Origin: an uncultured Pseudomonadota bacterium | GTDB taxonomy: Bacteria > Myxococcota_A > Polyangia > Fen-1088 | DNA length: 64,000 nt | Assembly: GCA_963737345.1 (NCBI GenBank) | Contig: CAVTSM010000003.1 | Location: 1,113,616-1,177,615 of the forward strand | Direction: 5' to 3' | Part shown: in pieces, positions 45,784 through 55,014 of the stretch | Numbering within the stretch: the stretch's first letter is position 1 | Layout of the letters: each line of letters starts with the position of its first letter | Position numbers and translations under genes: made by a program | The notes under the pieces: model-generated | Told to the model about the DNA's origin: nothing | Database searches by the model: none | What the model saw: only the letters and a program-made list of their open reading frames with translations

Positions 45784-47517
45784 ATGAAACGATGGGTTCT
45801 TGGGATAGTTCTGGGCGGGGGCTTGGTAATGCTCGGGGGCGTAGCCAGCGCGACGACGTATAACATCACCACGACGAACATGACCTTGTCCGCCCCCGGG
45901 TGCGGACTCGCCGAAGCGATCGTTGCGGTCAACACCAGGGCGGCTGCATATGGATGTTCGGCAGGAACCGGAAGCGACACCATCCAACTTCAGGCAGCGA
46001 CCTACGTTGCTTTGGGGACACTCCAGATAAATCGACCAGTCACCATCAAGGGAGTGAATCCCGATCCCACGCGGTTTGTTCCGGGTACGACAATCGCGGC
46101 TTCCGGGAGCGTGACTGGAGGCGCCCTATTCTACGTAGCCGATACCCACGGTACGATGTCCGTGACCTTTCAGAACCTCGACCTGGAGGGAGGCCTTTTG
46201 AATGGAATCAGCGGGATTTGGGCATCGGGCTCTTCCGGAACCTCCACCGTACATGTGCTCGGCTCGTGGGTAGTTGCATTCTCTTTCAGCGGCATGTACG
46301 CCAATTCTTTCAACGTCGACGTGCAGGATTCCTATATCGCAAACAACACAACTCCAGAGTCCGGCGGCGGGATATTTTTCGACGCCGGGTCGCACAATCT
46401 CACCGTGTCCCGGAGCACAATCGATAGCAACACTGCTTCTTCCAATGGTGGCGGTATCACGTACTACGGAACGGGCACGTCCAGCCTCGTCTCGACGATA
46501 GTCACAAACAACGGCTCAACCTTGGGCGGCGGCGTCGACATTGAAGGCGATACAGGTTCTTTTGCAATCTCTCAGTCGACAATCGTTTATAACGGGTGCA
46601 GCGCCAATGGTCCCGATTACGGCTTGCAGAGTTGCGGAGGAGGAGTCCTCTCTCTTTCCGGTGACGGCACCGGTAACTTCAGCATCAACGCTAGCATTCT
46701 GGCTTATGCCAACTCCGACAAACCGAACGCCCATGATCCCGATCTGGATGGCGATGGGGTAATTGGCGTCAGCAACTCGGATATCCTTATCACCTCAGGC
46801 ACACGGTACTCGGACTGGGGCGGAAACTCGCACATGGGTCAGGACCCGCTGATCGAAAGTGGCGCGGGCGGCGAAATGATCAGGTTGCAAGGCGTGTATC
46901 ACATTCCCATCAACCCATTTTCTCCCGCTCCGAATAGCCCGATCGTCGATGTTTTGTCGACGCTCAGTCCCGCCGTCGACATTCTCGGATTCCCGCGAGG
47001 GATCAGCAAGACGACTGGGCTTCCGGGCTCGACAAAGTTCGACATGGGCGCAGTGGAGTACGACCCGAACACTGAGACGGAGGCGCTGGGCGTCGTGGGG
47101 AACTCCGGCTCCTACACGACGGCGAGTGGAAGCAGCTACTCGGGTGGGAAAATTTTTCAGCTGAAGGCAACTAAGGCTGGGGACTATGCGACGTTCCCGA
47201 TAGGTACGTATCTCGTGGACGGCCAACCCAGCCGCAATTACAACTTCGTCGCGGGCTTCGTCCAGGGCCCAAACGAGGGCATGGTTCAGTTGGAGGTCTC
47301 CACCGATCGAACGTTTGCGACGGGGGTTACGGCGATTGGATCACGGGTCGACCTGTACTCGAACACGACGCGGACCTATGTCAGGAACTACAATGTCGCG
47401 ATTCCACTGGACAACGACTTCTCGTATTACATCCGCTTGCGTGTTACCGGCAAAAACAGCGCGAGCACCGGATATGCCGTGTACTCCGATTACGTGAACA
47501 CGAACCTGCTCAACTAG
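45784..47517 (+). CDS. secreted CSLREA-motif / beta-helix protein with C-terminal CBM-like domain, paralogue C
   Basis: Signal peptide. YNITTTNMTLSAPGCGLAEAIVAVNTRAAAYGCSAGTGSDTIQL. The C-terminal 130 aa are nearly identical to paralogue B (…YYIRLRVTGKNSASTGYAVYSDYVNTNLLN). Confidence 0.85.
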   Translation: MKRWVLGIVLGGGLVMLGGVASATTYNITTTNMTLSAPGCGLAEAIVAVNTRAAAYGCSAGTGSDTIQLQAATYVALGTLQINRPVTIKGVNPDPTRFVPGTTIAASGSVTGGALFYVADTHGTMSVTFQNLDLEGGLLNGISGIWASGSSGTSTVHVLGSWVVAFSFSGMYANSFNVDVQDSYIANNTTPESGGGIFFDAGSHNLTVSRSTIDSNTASSNGGGITYYGTGTSSLVSTIVTNNGSTLGGGVDIEGDTGSFAISQSTIVYNGCSANGPDYGLQSCGGGVLSLSGDGTGNFSINASILAYANSDKPNAHDPDLDGDGVIGVSNSDILITSGTRYSDWGGNSHMGQDPLIESGAGGEMIRLQGVYHIPINPFSPAPNSPIVDVLSTLSPAVDILGFPRGISKTTGLPGSTKFDMGAVEYDPNTETEALGVVGNSGSYTTASGSSYSGGKIFQLKATKAGDYATFPIGTYLVDGQPSRNYNFVAGFVQGPNEGMVQLEVSTDRTFATGVTAIGSRVDLYSNTTRTYVRNYNVAIPLDNDFSYYIRLRVTGKNSASTGYAVYSDYVNTNLLN

Positions 47518-47541
47518 GTTCGCCGAGCATTAGCGACCATT

Positions 47542-47578
47542 CCGGATCCGGAAAGCTCCTCGGGCTATTCGGATCCGG
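47542..47578 (+). terminator. hairpin after paralogue C (no U-tract)
   Basis: CCGGATCCG (47542-47550) pairs with CGGATCCGG (47570-47578), with a 19-nt loop. The arms are homologous to those of the 45432 terminator. Confidence 0.35.
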
Positions 47579-47786
47579 ATGCTCGCTGACCTCATGCTTG
47601 GGCGGTCAGCATCAGCCGTCCGGCGGGTATCCTTGCAGAACGCCAGCGGACTCATGGCTGGTGTGCTCGGGGCCTGCGATAGCCCGTGAACTCTTGCATC
47701 ACCCCCCTTCCTGAAGGAGGTGCGGGTTTTCATGACGTCCGCGCCTAGCAATCGGCTCGAACGGTTGATATCTCACATTGTTGTTT

Positions 47787-47815
47787 TTGAACGGTTGGTC
47801 GATCTTCGGACAGCG
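47787..47815 (+). promoter_or_regulatory. ECF-like promoter candidate (TGAACGG-N16-CAGCGA) upstream of paralogue D
   Basis: Same (T/G)GAAC-N18-C(A/T)G pattern as upstream of paralogues B and C, but here only about 20 nt from the ATG at 47836. Confidence 0.25.
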
Positions 47816-47835
47816 AAACTCGAGGGAGAACAAGC

Positions 47836-49539
47836 ATGAACAAGCATCGGAGTGCATGGGGAGTTGGCGCGGTGGTTTGCGCGTATGCCGGGGTGGTTTC
47901 CGCAACCACGATCAATGTCAATACGACGAACTGCAGTTTGGACCAGGCGGTTCAAGCGGTGAACAATCGGGTTACTGTCGGCGGTTGTCCGGCAGGCAAT
48001 GGGAGCTCGGACAAGATTGTGATTCCGGCGGGGACGTTCAACGTTGCCACCACCAGCCCGATCATCGTCAAGCGGACTGTTCAGATCGTCGGAGCCAGCC
48101 AGGCAACCACGATCCTGCAGTGCAGCCGCGACGAGGGTCAGGACGCCTCGGGTGATCACTTGTTCACGATCGTCGCTGACGGTGCGCTGGCCTCTGGTCA
48201 GACTGTCACCATCAGCAACTTGACACTCAAAGGAGGCGGCACCACTGGCCGTGTCAGCGGCGTCGGCAACATCAATACGGCTGGCCCCGTCATGACCCTC
48301 ACCGTCAGTAACGTTCGCGTGACGGGATTCAAGCTGGCGGGCATCATCGGTGGCAGCGGCTCGACGAACATATCCGGAAGTTTGATCAACAGGAATAACG
48401 TCCCGTTGGACAACGATACATCTGGTGGAATTCAAAACTCAGCGACCATGACCATTACGGGCACCACGATCGATTCCAATGACGGAATCAACGGCGGCGG
48501 GATCGGTAACTTCGGCTCTGGTTTTCTGACGATTTACGGCAGCACGGTATCCAACAACTACGCAGAAGGCTGGGGCGGCGGCGCAATCTACAACACCGCC
48601 ACCGTCATCATCGGTCACTCGACGATCAGCGGAAACCTGGCCGATGGCAGCGGTGGAGGCATCTACGCCGGCTCGGGAGCGTATGTGTATGTGGCATTTG
48701 GCACTGTCGCGAACAATAGCGGCAACGGAGGCGGCGGCGTCTACATCGATCCATCCGCCGCGGTCCAGCTCGTCGATACGATCGTGGCGAACAACACCGA
48801 CAGCGCGGGGGGCGCTGCGCCCGACGTCTCGGGCGACCTCCAGAGCTCCACATTCGATTTGATTCGCAACCCATCAGGGGTTTGGGGCGGCAGCAACATC
48901 ATCTATGGGGTCGATCCTCTGTTGGGGCCCCTCACCACCGTTGATTCGACGCCGGCCACGCATGCGCTGTTGCCGGGCAGCCCGGCGATCGACTCGGGAA
49001 TTCTTGAATCCACGTACTTCCAGTTCAACTTGGACGAACGAGGCTTTCCGCGTCCGACCGACGGCAACGGCGACAACGTCACCGCCTACGACATGGGCGC
49101 GTTCGAGTTCGATCCCTGGCAGACAGAGCGACTGGTCGTGTCGGCGAAATCGTCCGACTCCCATACGATCGTCAGCGATCCCTCGTACAGCAACGGACAG
49201 GGGACGTACCTCCAGTCGAACGCGGCCAATGATTTCGTCACCTACAGGGCGCCGCTTCCGGCGGCCGGAACGTACACGGTGAAGGTGCGTGTGCGTCGAG
49301 GAAACAATCGCGGCAAGTTCCAGGTCCAGACCGCCTCGAATCTGACCGGTACGTACACGAATTTGGGCGCCGTCCAGGACGCCTATCGCTCCTCTGCAGA
49401 CTTCGTGACGATCACCCTGGGTAACTTCACCGTGGCGTCTGCGGGAACGAAGTACTTCAAGTTCCTCATCACCGGCAAGAACACCTCCAGCTCCGGTTAC
49501 CAGCTGACTCTGGATTACTTGCAGTTCATCCGGAACTAG
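47836..49539 (+). CDS. secreted CSLREA-motif / beta-helix protein with C-terminal CBM-like domain, paralogue D
   Basis: GGGAGAA RBS and signal peptide. INVNTTNCSLDQAVQAVNNRVTVGGCPAGNGSSDKIVIP, then GGGI turns. The C-terminus reads ...GTYTVKVRVRRGNNRGKFQVQTAS...KYFKFLITGKNTSSSGYQLTLDYLQFIRN. Confidence 0.85.
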   Translation: MNKHRSAWGVGAVVCAYAGVVSATTINVNTTNCSLDQAVQAVNNRVTVGGCPAGNGSSDKIVIPAGTFNVATTSPIIVKRTVQIVGASQATTILQCSRDEGQDASGDHLFTIVADGALASGQTVTISNLTLKGGGTTGRVSGVGNINTAGPVMTLTVSNVRVTGFKLAGIIGGSGSTNISGSLINRNNVPLDNDTSGGIQNSATMTITGTTIDSNDGINGGGIGNFGSGFLTIYGSTVSNNYAEGWGGGAIYNTATVIIGHSTISGNLADGSGGGIYAGSGAYVYVAFGTVANNSGNGGGGVYIDPSAAVQLVDTIVANNTDSAGGAAPDVSGDLQSSTFDLIRNPSGVWGGSNIIYGVDPLLGPLTTVDSTPATHALLPGSPAIDSGILESTYFQFNLDERGFPRPTDGNGDNVTAYDMGAFEFDPWQTERLVVSAKSSDSHTIVSDPSYSNGQGTYLQSNAANDFVTYRAPLPAAGTYTVKVRVRRGNNRGKFQVQTASNLTGTYTNLGAVQDAYRSSADFVTITLGNFTVASAGTKYFKFLITGKNTSSSGYQLTLDYLQFIRN

Positions 49540-49921
49540 CGGCTCCGCTTGATAGGAAGCGACCGTGGCTCTCGCCCACGCGCCCAGACCCTGAGGCGTG
49601 CGGGCCGGAGCCATGGCCGCGTCTGGGCTACTAGCCCAAGCGCCGAAACCGGGCGACGGATTGGTATTGACAGGTTGATGGGCGTAAGTGTATCCGCATT
49701 GGAGAGCTGGGGGGACCAGTTCACACAACCGTTGGGCAGACGACGCCGCTCGGCATCGTCGATGGGCGCAGCGGCCACGGTGGGATCTTCACGGCGCCCA
49801 GCACCACGACCGCGAGGGTCATCCGGGCGACCGCGGCGACGATCGGATCATTCTAGACGCACCACCTGTCGTCGGCAGGTCCGCTGGGGCTGAGCGCGCA
49901 GGCAGCGCTACAATCCCGCCG

Positions 49922-51157
49922 TTGCGCGCGTCCTCGCGGATCACCTTCGTCCTGGCGGTGCTGCTCGCCCGGGAGGCGCCCGGCCAAGAGAGCTGGCGGG
50001 CCCGCACGGCTGTTTCGGCGGACGCGCGCGGGCTGGTGGGGATGAGAGATGTCGTCGGCATCGACGCCGGCGCGATGGGGGTCGGGATCGAGTGGCGTGC
50101 GGCGCCCACGTTGCGGCTGCGGACGACCGCGCTGCTCATGGGAACGCGCGGGCAGACTGACTCCGGTCGCACGGCCCAGGGCGGCGCCGGCGGCGAGCTC
50201 GCGATGCGCCTCATTCCATTTCCGACGTGGGTCGTGCGGCCGTACGCGCGCCTCTCGGCCGGGTTCCTGCTGTTCTTGCGAGGCCCGCTTCTGCCGGGCG
50301 GCGACTTCTACGATTTCATCCTCGGCGCGGGCGGCGGGTTGGAGGTGCCGCTGGGCGCGCGGCTGACGCTGTTCGGCGATCTCGCGGTCGCGCACCTGTC
50401 CAACGGTCAGGGGGGCGGCTCTTACAACCCGGCGTATGACGGATGGGGAGGTCTGGTTGGTCTCAATGTCGCGCTGCAGCCGCCGGCCGAACCAGCGGAG
50501 CCGCCGCCGTCCGCTCCGGAACCGGCCAACCCCCGGGCGACCTTCACGCCAGGCGTAATTGCCGAGGCCCAAGTTGGGTGGACGGCCGGGCTGATGGGCG
50601 CTGGCCGCATTCGCGGTACCGAACGGCTGACGACACGATTCCTGGCAATCGTCGACCTAGGCGCCGCCGCCGTTGGCGACACACCGTTCGAGGAGGCAGG
50701 CCTCGCCGTGGCCGGCCACTGGCAGCCGGTGACGGCGGGCGTCCAGGTGACGTACCAGCACCTCCCCGGGATCACCGCCCTTGCCGAGCAGGCACAGGTC
50801 GAAGCGCACCTGACCCGCGAGACATCGCTCTTCGCCACCGGCATCCTGCAGCAGCAGACGGTGTTCGCCGATTTCGTCGTCGCCGGCTTCGGCTTGCGCG
50901 CGTTCCCACTCGATCGCCTGCGGTTTGACGCGGGTGTCGGGCTGACCCGGCCGCTGGTCTCCGGCGGTTCGAACACCGCCGGCCCCTACGTCGCGCTCGA
51001 ATGGCAGCTGCCCCTGCCCTCTGCCCCGTGGCAACTCTCGGTCTTCGCCGAGCGGCAGCTGTCAACCAACACTGTTGCCGGCATCCGGCTCGCCTGGAAT
51101 ATGGGCGCCACACTGCGGGACGTCGCGCGCCGCACGGGCTGGACGGTCATCCGATGA
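49922..51157 (+). CDS. outer-membrane protein: PagL/acyloxyacyl-hydrolase-like beta-barrel fused via Pro-rich linker to a second beta-barrel-like half
   Basis: A candidate TTG start at 49922 gives RASSRITFVLAVLLAREAPGQE (signal peptide). The first half has AHLSNGQGGGSYNPAYDGWGGLVGLNV (H-x-S-N-G...N-P-G-type PagL motif). Then comes the linker PPAEPAEPPPSAPEPANP, then alternating-strand sequence ending ...VAGIRLAWNM. The ORF-track start at 49688 is rejected. Confidence 0.55.
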   Translation: MRASSRITFVLAVLLAREAPGQESWRARTAVSADARGLVGMRDVVGIDAGAMGVGIEWRAAPTLRLRTTALLMGTRGQTDSGRTAQGGAGGELAMRLIPFPTWVVRPYARLSAGFLLFLRGPLLPGGDFYDFILGAGGGLEVPLGARLTLFGDLAVAHLSNGQGGGSYNPAYDGWGGLVGLNVALQPPAEPAEPPPSAPEPANPRATFTPGVIAEAQVGWTAGLMGAGRIRGTERLTTRFLAIVDLGAAAVGDTPFEEAGLAVAGHWQPVTAGVQVTYQHLPGITALAEQAQVEAHLTRETSLFATGILQQQTVFADFVVAGFGLRAFPLDRLRFDAGVGLTRPLVSGGSNTAGPYVALEWQLPLPSAPWQLSVFAERQLSTNTVAGIRLAWNMGATLRDVARRTGWTVIR

Positions 51158-51188
51158 GGGAGCGTTTCCGCGCGGAACGCCTCGCTGT

Positions 51189-51449
51189 TCAATTGAGACG
51201 CCGCATCATCGCACGCTCGATCCCCGGGCGCATGATCATGAGGTCTTCGTAGCGGCTGGGCAGATGGGTGGCGAAATCGATGCGGCGGCTGGGCGCGTGA
51301 TCGGCGACCAGGCGGCCGGTCTTGAGCGCCTCGCAGAACAGCCCGCGCCTCGTGTCAGGTCTGTGGCGGGCGGCCCATGTGAGAGGACCCCGGGCGGCCG
51401 CCACGCTGATGGCCTGAGGGCGGCTCGGTACAATTTCGGCAATGGCCAT
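51189..51449 (-). CDS. hypothetical small protein
   Basis: An 86-codon ORF with high GC3, convergent with the PagL-like gene. No motif recognised. Confidence 0.3.
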   Translation of the reverse strand: MAIAEIVPSRPQAISVAAARGPLTWAARHRPDTRRGLFCEALKTGRLVADHAPSRRIDFATHLPSRYEDLMIMRPGIERAMMRRLN

Positions 51450-51641
51450 TACGCTTAATTATGCTACATTTTTAGTTATCTCTCGGTGTCTCAATCTGCC
51501 GAAGCCCTCCCCTGAAGTTTCACGCGCAGGCGCCGTTAGCGAGCCGCGCTCCAGGCTGATGCTATTAATCATTCCCCGGCGACGTGTGTATTCGCACCCG
51601 CCATCGCTGACGGCCCTGACCTGCTGCCCCCAGAGGACGCC

Positions 51642-53123
51642 ATGATGAAGCGCGATCTCCGTTTCTCTCGCCGCCGGTTGCTGAAATCGATCGGAGCGGG
51701 CGCGGCCCTGCTGCCCATGCTGCAATCCGATAAAACGGATGCAGCCTGTTACGTAAGCGGCATCAAGCGAATGTTCATCCTGTGCTGGACGAACGGGATG
51801 TTGAGCAGCATCAACAACTGGGCGACCGCCGGGAACGACCCTTCCAGCTGGCAGCTCGGCTCGATGGGCTTCCAGGACTCCCTCAAGCCTTACATGGCCG
51901 ACCTGCTGCTGCTGAAGGGGCTCGACTACAAATTCATCAAGGACATGCCGGGCGGCGGCGAGCGGACCGGCCACGCTGTGTTCCCCGGCATGCTGACCGG
52001 CGCGTTCTACAAGACCGTAGGGAGCACGAACGCCGACCTTGGGGGCGCCATCTCGGTCGACCAGTACGTGGGTAAGCAGCTCCAGGCGAAGGGCTATAAG
52101 GGCCTGGTCTCCCTCAACCAGCAGGCCTTCCCCCACAGCACCGGGTACCTGTCCTGGGCGTCGTCGGGTCAAGTGGTTCTGCCAGAGCCTGACCCCAATA
52201 AACTGTACAACTTGTACTTCAAGGGGGCGTTACCAGCCGTGATGCCCCCTCCGGTCACCGGAACCGGCGGCAAGAGTGGGGCAGGTGGAGCGCCGCCGGT
52301 CGACAATACGGCCAAGATCCAGAAGAGCATCCTCGACTACGTCGTAAACGATCTCAATCGCTTTTCTAAGATCGTCGGGACCGAGGATCAGAAGCACATC
52401 GGGGAGCACCTCGAATCGGTCCGCAACATCGAGATGCGTCTCCAGAGTATGGGCCAGGGCACCCCGATGGGGACCGACGGAGGTGCGCCGATCTCTGTCG
52501 CAAATGGGACCTGCGCCTTCCCGAATACCGCGAGCGAGCCGTCGGGTGTCACAAGCGCGGTGAATACCCCCGCGATCGCCAAACTTCATATGGACCTCGC
52601 GCTCGCGGCTTTCGGCGCCGACCTCACCCGGGTCGCCGTCATGCAGATCGGCGACCAGGGTGACGCGTACCTGGATATGTCCTGGTTGGGGTCCGAGTTC
52701 AGTTCACCGGGCGGCAAACTACTCCCGTCGGACAACAACACCGGCCTCATCAACGGGTTCCATGCGATCGCCCACGAAAACACGATGCGCAAAGTCACCT
52801 GCGACGCCTGGTTCCAGTCGCAGGCTGCTTACATGATTGGGCAGCTCAAGAGCATCACGGACGGCACCGGAAAATCGATGCTCGACAGCAGCGTCTTCGT
52901 CGGCATGAACTCAATGCGCACGGGGACGCACGAGACGACCGGCGTACCCGTGATCATGGCTGGAAGCTGCGGCGGCTACTTCAAGACGGGCCGCAGCCTG
53001 GCCCTGCCTGCCGGCACCCCCAACAACGGACTGCTGGTGGCGCTTTGCAATGCCATGGGGACGCCCGTCTCGACCTTTGGCGAGGCGAGCTACGGTGGCG
53101 AGTTGACGGTCCTCAAGGGCTGA
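51642..53123 (+). CDS. DUF1552-family protein with Tat signal
   Basis: MMKRDLRFSRRRLLKSIGAGAALLPML (twin-arginine signal). GGAISVDQYVG, and a C-terminal ...MGTPVSTFGEASYGGELTVLKG, as I remember for DUF1552. It is paired with a DUF1592-family gene. Confidence 0.65.
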   Translation: MMKRDLRFSRRRLLKSIGAGAALLPMLQSDKTDAACYVSGIKRMFILCWTNGMLSSINNWATAGNDPSSWQLGSMGFQDSLKPYMADLLLLKGLDYKFIKDMPGGGERTGHAVFPGMLTGAFYKTVGSTNADLGGAISVDQYVGKQLQAKGYKGLVSLNQQAFPHSTGYLSWASSGQVVLPEPDPNKLYNLYFKGALPAVMPPPVTGTGGKSGAGGAPPVDNTAKIQKSILDYVVNDLNRFSKIVGTEDQKHIGEHLESVRNIEMRLQSMGQGTPMGTDGGAPISVANGTCAFPNTASEPSGVTSAVNTPAIAKLHMDLALAAFGADLTRVAVMQIGDQGDAYLDMSWLGSEFSSPGGKLLPSDNNTGLINGFHAIAHENTMRKVTCDAWFQSQAAYMIGQLKSITDGTGKSMLDSSVFVGMNSMRTGTHETTGVPVIMAGSCGGYFKTGRSLALPAGTPNNGLLVALCNAMGTPVSTFGEASYGGELTVLKG

Positions 53124-53167
53124 ACGTGTTTCCCCGCAGCACAACCGAGCGCGAACGGAGAACGGCC

Positions 53168-54991
53168 ATGAAAGCGCGACATCCACGCAGATTCTGGTTG
53201 GCGACGATCGGCCTCCTTTCGTTGGGCGCCACGGGCGCCTGCAACGGCCGGTTCGGCAACGACTCGAACACCGGGCAGTCGACCGGAAGCAGCACCGGCA
53301 CGGGCGGCACTGGAGCGTCGCCGGCGAGCGGGGCGGGCGGGGCAGGTAGCGGGCCGGTGACCGGGACTGGTGCCGGGCCGAATAGCGTGCCCATCGTGAC
53401 CACCGCGCCCCCCCCAGCGGAGAGCGCCGGTGTGCTTCCCATGCGGCGCCTCACGTACCCGGAGTACGACCATCTGTTGGCCGACTTGCTGGGTGACACG
53501 ACCGCGCCCGCGGAGACCACGTCATGGCCGGCCGAGCAGCCCAACAAGGTGGACTACCTGGCCCCAGACAGCGTGGCTGAGTTGCTGGTGGATACCTACC
53601 AACTTACCGCTAACGCCGTCGTCGACAAGGCGATGCAGGCGGCGGCGGCAGGACTGCCCGCCGGCAAGCTGACCATCCCGTGCAAGAATCCCTCAGGCTC
53701 GGCCGCAGAGACCACCTGCGCCACCCAGTTCGTCACGACGTTCGGCCAGCAGGTGTACAGGCGTCCCGTCGCGACTGCGGAGCAGCAGGACCTTTTGGCC
53801 CTGTTTTCGACCGTGCGCGGCCTCGGCCTCAGCTTCACCGACTCGATCGGCGCGATGGTCAAGGCCATGGTTCAGTCGCCAAATTTCCTCTACCATTGGG
53901 AAGTTGGCCCCACGCCGCCCAGGCCCGGATCGGATGGCCTGGTGGCGCTGACCCCGTGGCAGGTCGCCTCGCGGCTGGCATCCGTTCTATGGCAGACAGG
54001 GCCGGACGATGCGTTGATGCAGGCGGCGCAATCGAATCAGCTCTCGACGCCGGCGCAGGTCGCGGCCCAGGTCACCCGCATGCTGGCCGACCCCCGCGCG
54101 ACCAATGGCCTTTACAATTTCCACGAGCAGTGGCTGTTCACCTTCGGGACCACCGGGGCGCGAGATATCGCCGTACCGCTCGAGAAATCCAGCCCGCTCT
54201 TCACGGATTCCGTGAAGAACAGCCTCAAGACCGAATTCTCGAAGTTCGTGTCATCGGTGTACGCGGGCGACGGCACCCTGCAGGCGCTGTTTACGGCACC
54301 CTATGCCTTTATCAATCACGACCTGGCCGCCCTCTATGGTGTCCCGGCTCCGAGCACCGACTTCGCCAAAGTGTCTCTGGATCCCACGAAGCGCGGCGGC
54401 ATTTTCACCCAGGTGGCATTCCTGGCCACCCTGGCATCGGACACTCGCGACCATCCCATCAACCGCGGGCTCTCGATTTACCTCAAGGCCCTGTGCGGAG
54501 AGATTGATTTTTCGAAGCTGCCGGCGGTCCTTCCGCCCGTCAATTTCGTGGACAAGGGGACCACCCGCCAGTCCTTCGACGCGCACGGCCAAGCAGGCTG
54601 CGCGAAGGGCTGCCACAGCCTGTTCGACCCACCGGGGTTCGCCTTCGAGAACTACGACGGCAATGGTCAGTATCGGACCACCGAGGCGGGCCAGAACGTC
54701 GACTCGACCGGATCCTTCGTTACGCCAGGGAACGCGACGCTGACGTTCCAGAACGCGCTCGACCTGTCGAAGCAACTCGCCCAGAGCCCCGAAGCGCAAG
54801 CCTGCATCGACCGGCAATGGACGCGCTATCTGCTGGGACGGCCGGAGACTGCCGCCGAATCGGGATCGATGTCGGTCGCTTACCAGAAAGCCGCCGCGAC
54901 GTCGGGCTTCTCGATTCGAGATCTGTTGGTGTCCCTGGTGACATCGAAGGCGTTCCTGTACCGCCAGCCCTCGCCCGGCGAATCGCTGTAG
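53168..54991 (+). CDS. DUF1592/DUF1595/DUF1588/DUF1585-family lipoprotein
   Basis: The ATG at 53168 gives a lipobox (LSLGATGAC). Motifs: FVTTFGQQVYRRPVATAEQQDLLALF, MVQSPNFLYHWE, GGIFTQVAFLATLASDTRDHPINRG, CAKGCHSLFDPPGFAFENYDGNGQYR, and QACIDRQWTRYLLGRP. Confidence 0.7.
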   Translation: MKARHPRRFWLATIGLLSLGATGACNGRFGNDSNTGQSTGSSTGTGGTGASPASGAGGAGSGPVTGTGAGPNSVPIVTTAPPPAESAGVLPMRRLTYPEYDHLLADLLGDTTAPAETTSWPAEQPNKVDYLAPDSVAELLVDTYQLTANAVVDKAMQAAAAGLPAGKLTIPCKNPSGSAAETTCATQFVTTFGQQVYRRPVATAEQQDLLALFSTVRGLGLSFTDSIGAMVKAMVQSPNFLYHWEVGPTPPRPGSDGLVALTPWQVASRLASVLWQTGPDDALMQAAQSNQLSTPAQVAAQVTRMLADPRATNGLYNFHEQWLFTFGTTGARDIAVPLEKSSPLFTDSVKNSLKTEFSKFVSSVYAGDGTLQALFTAPYAFINHDLAALYGVPAPSTDFAKVSLDPTKRGGIFTQVAFLATLASDTRDHPINRGLSIYLKALCGEIDFSKLPAVLPPVNFVDKGTTRQSFDAHGQAGCAKGCHSLFDPPGFAFENYDGNGQYRTTEAGQNVDSTGSFVTPGNATLTFQNALDLSKQLAQSPEAQACIDRQWTRYLLGRPETAAESGSMSVAYQKAAATSGFSIRDLLVSLVTSKAFLYRQPSPGESL

Positions 54992-55014
54992 ACGGCGGCT
55001 CCCCAAGCCTCCCG

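Noticed and set aside
49536-49921. Small ORFs and a TTGACA-containing stretch in the 380-nt gap after paralogue D, for example the 80-codon minus-strand ORF 49536-49778.
   Set aside because: No motifs, poor composition, and no RBS. I treated it as intergenic or promoter sequence for the PagL-like gene.
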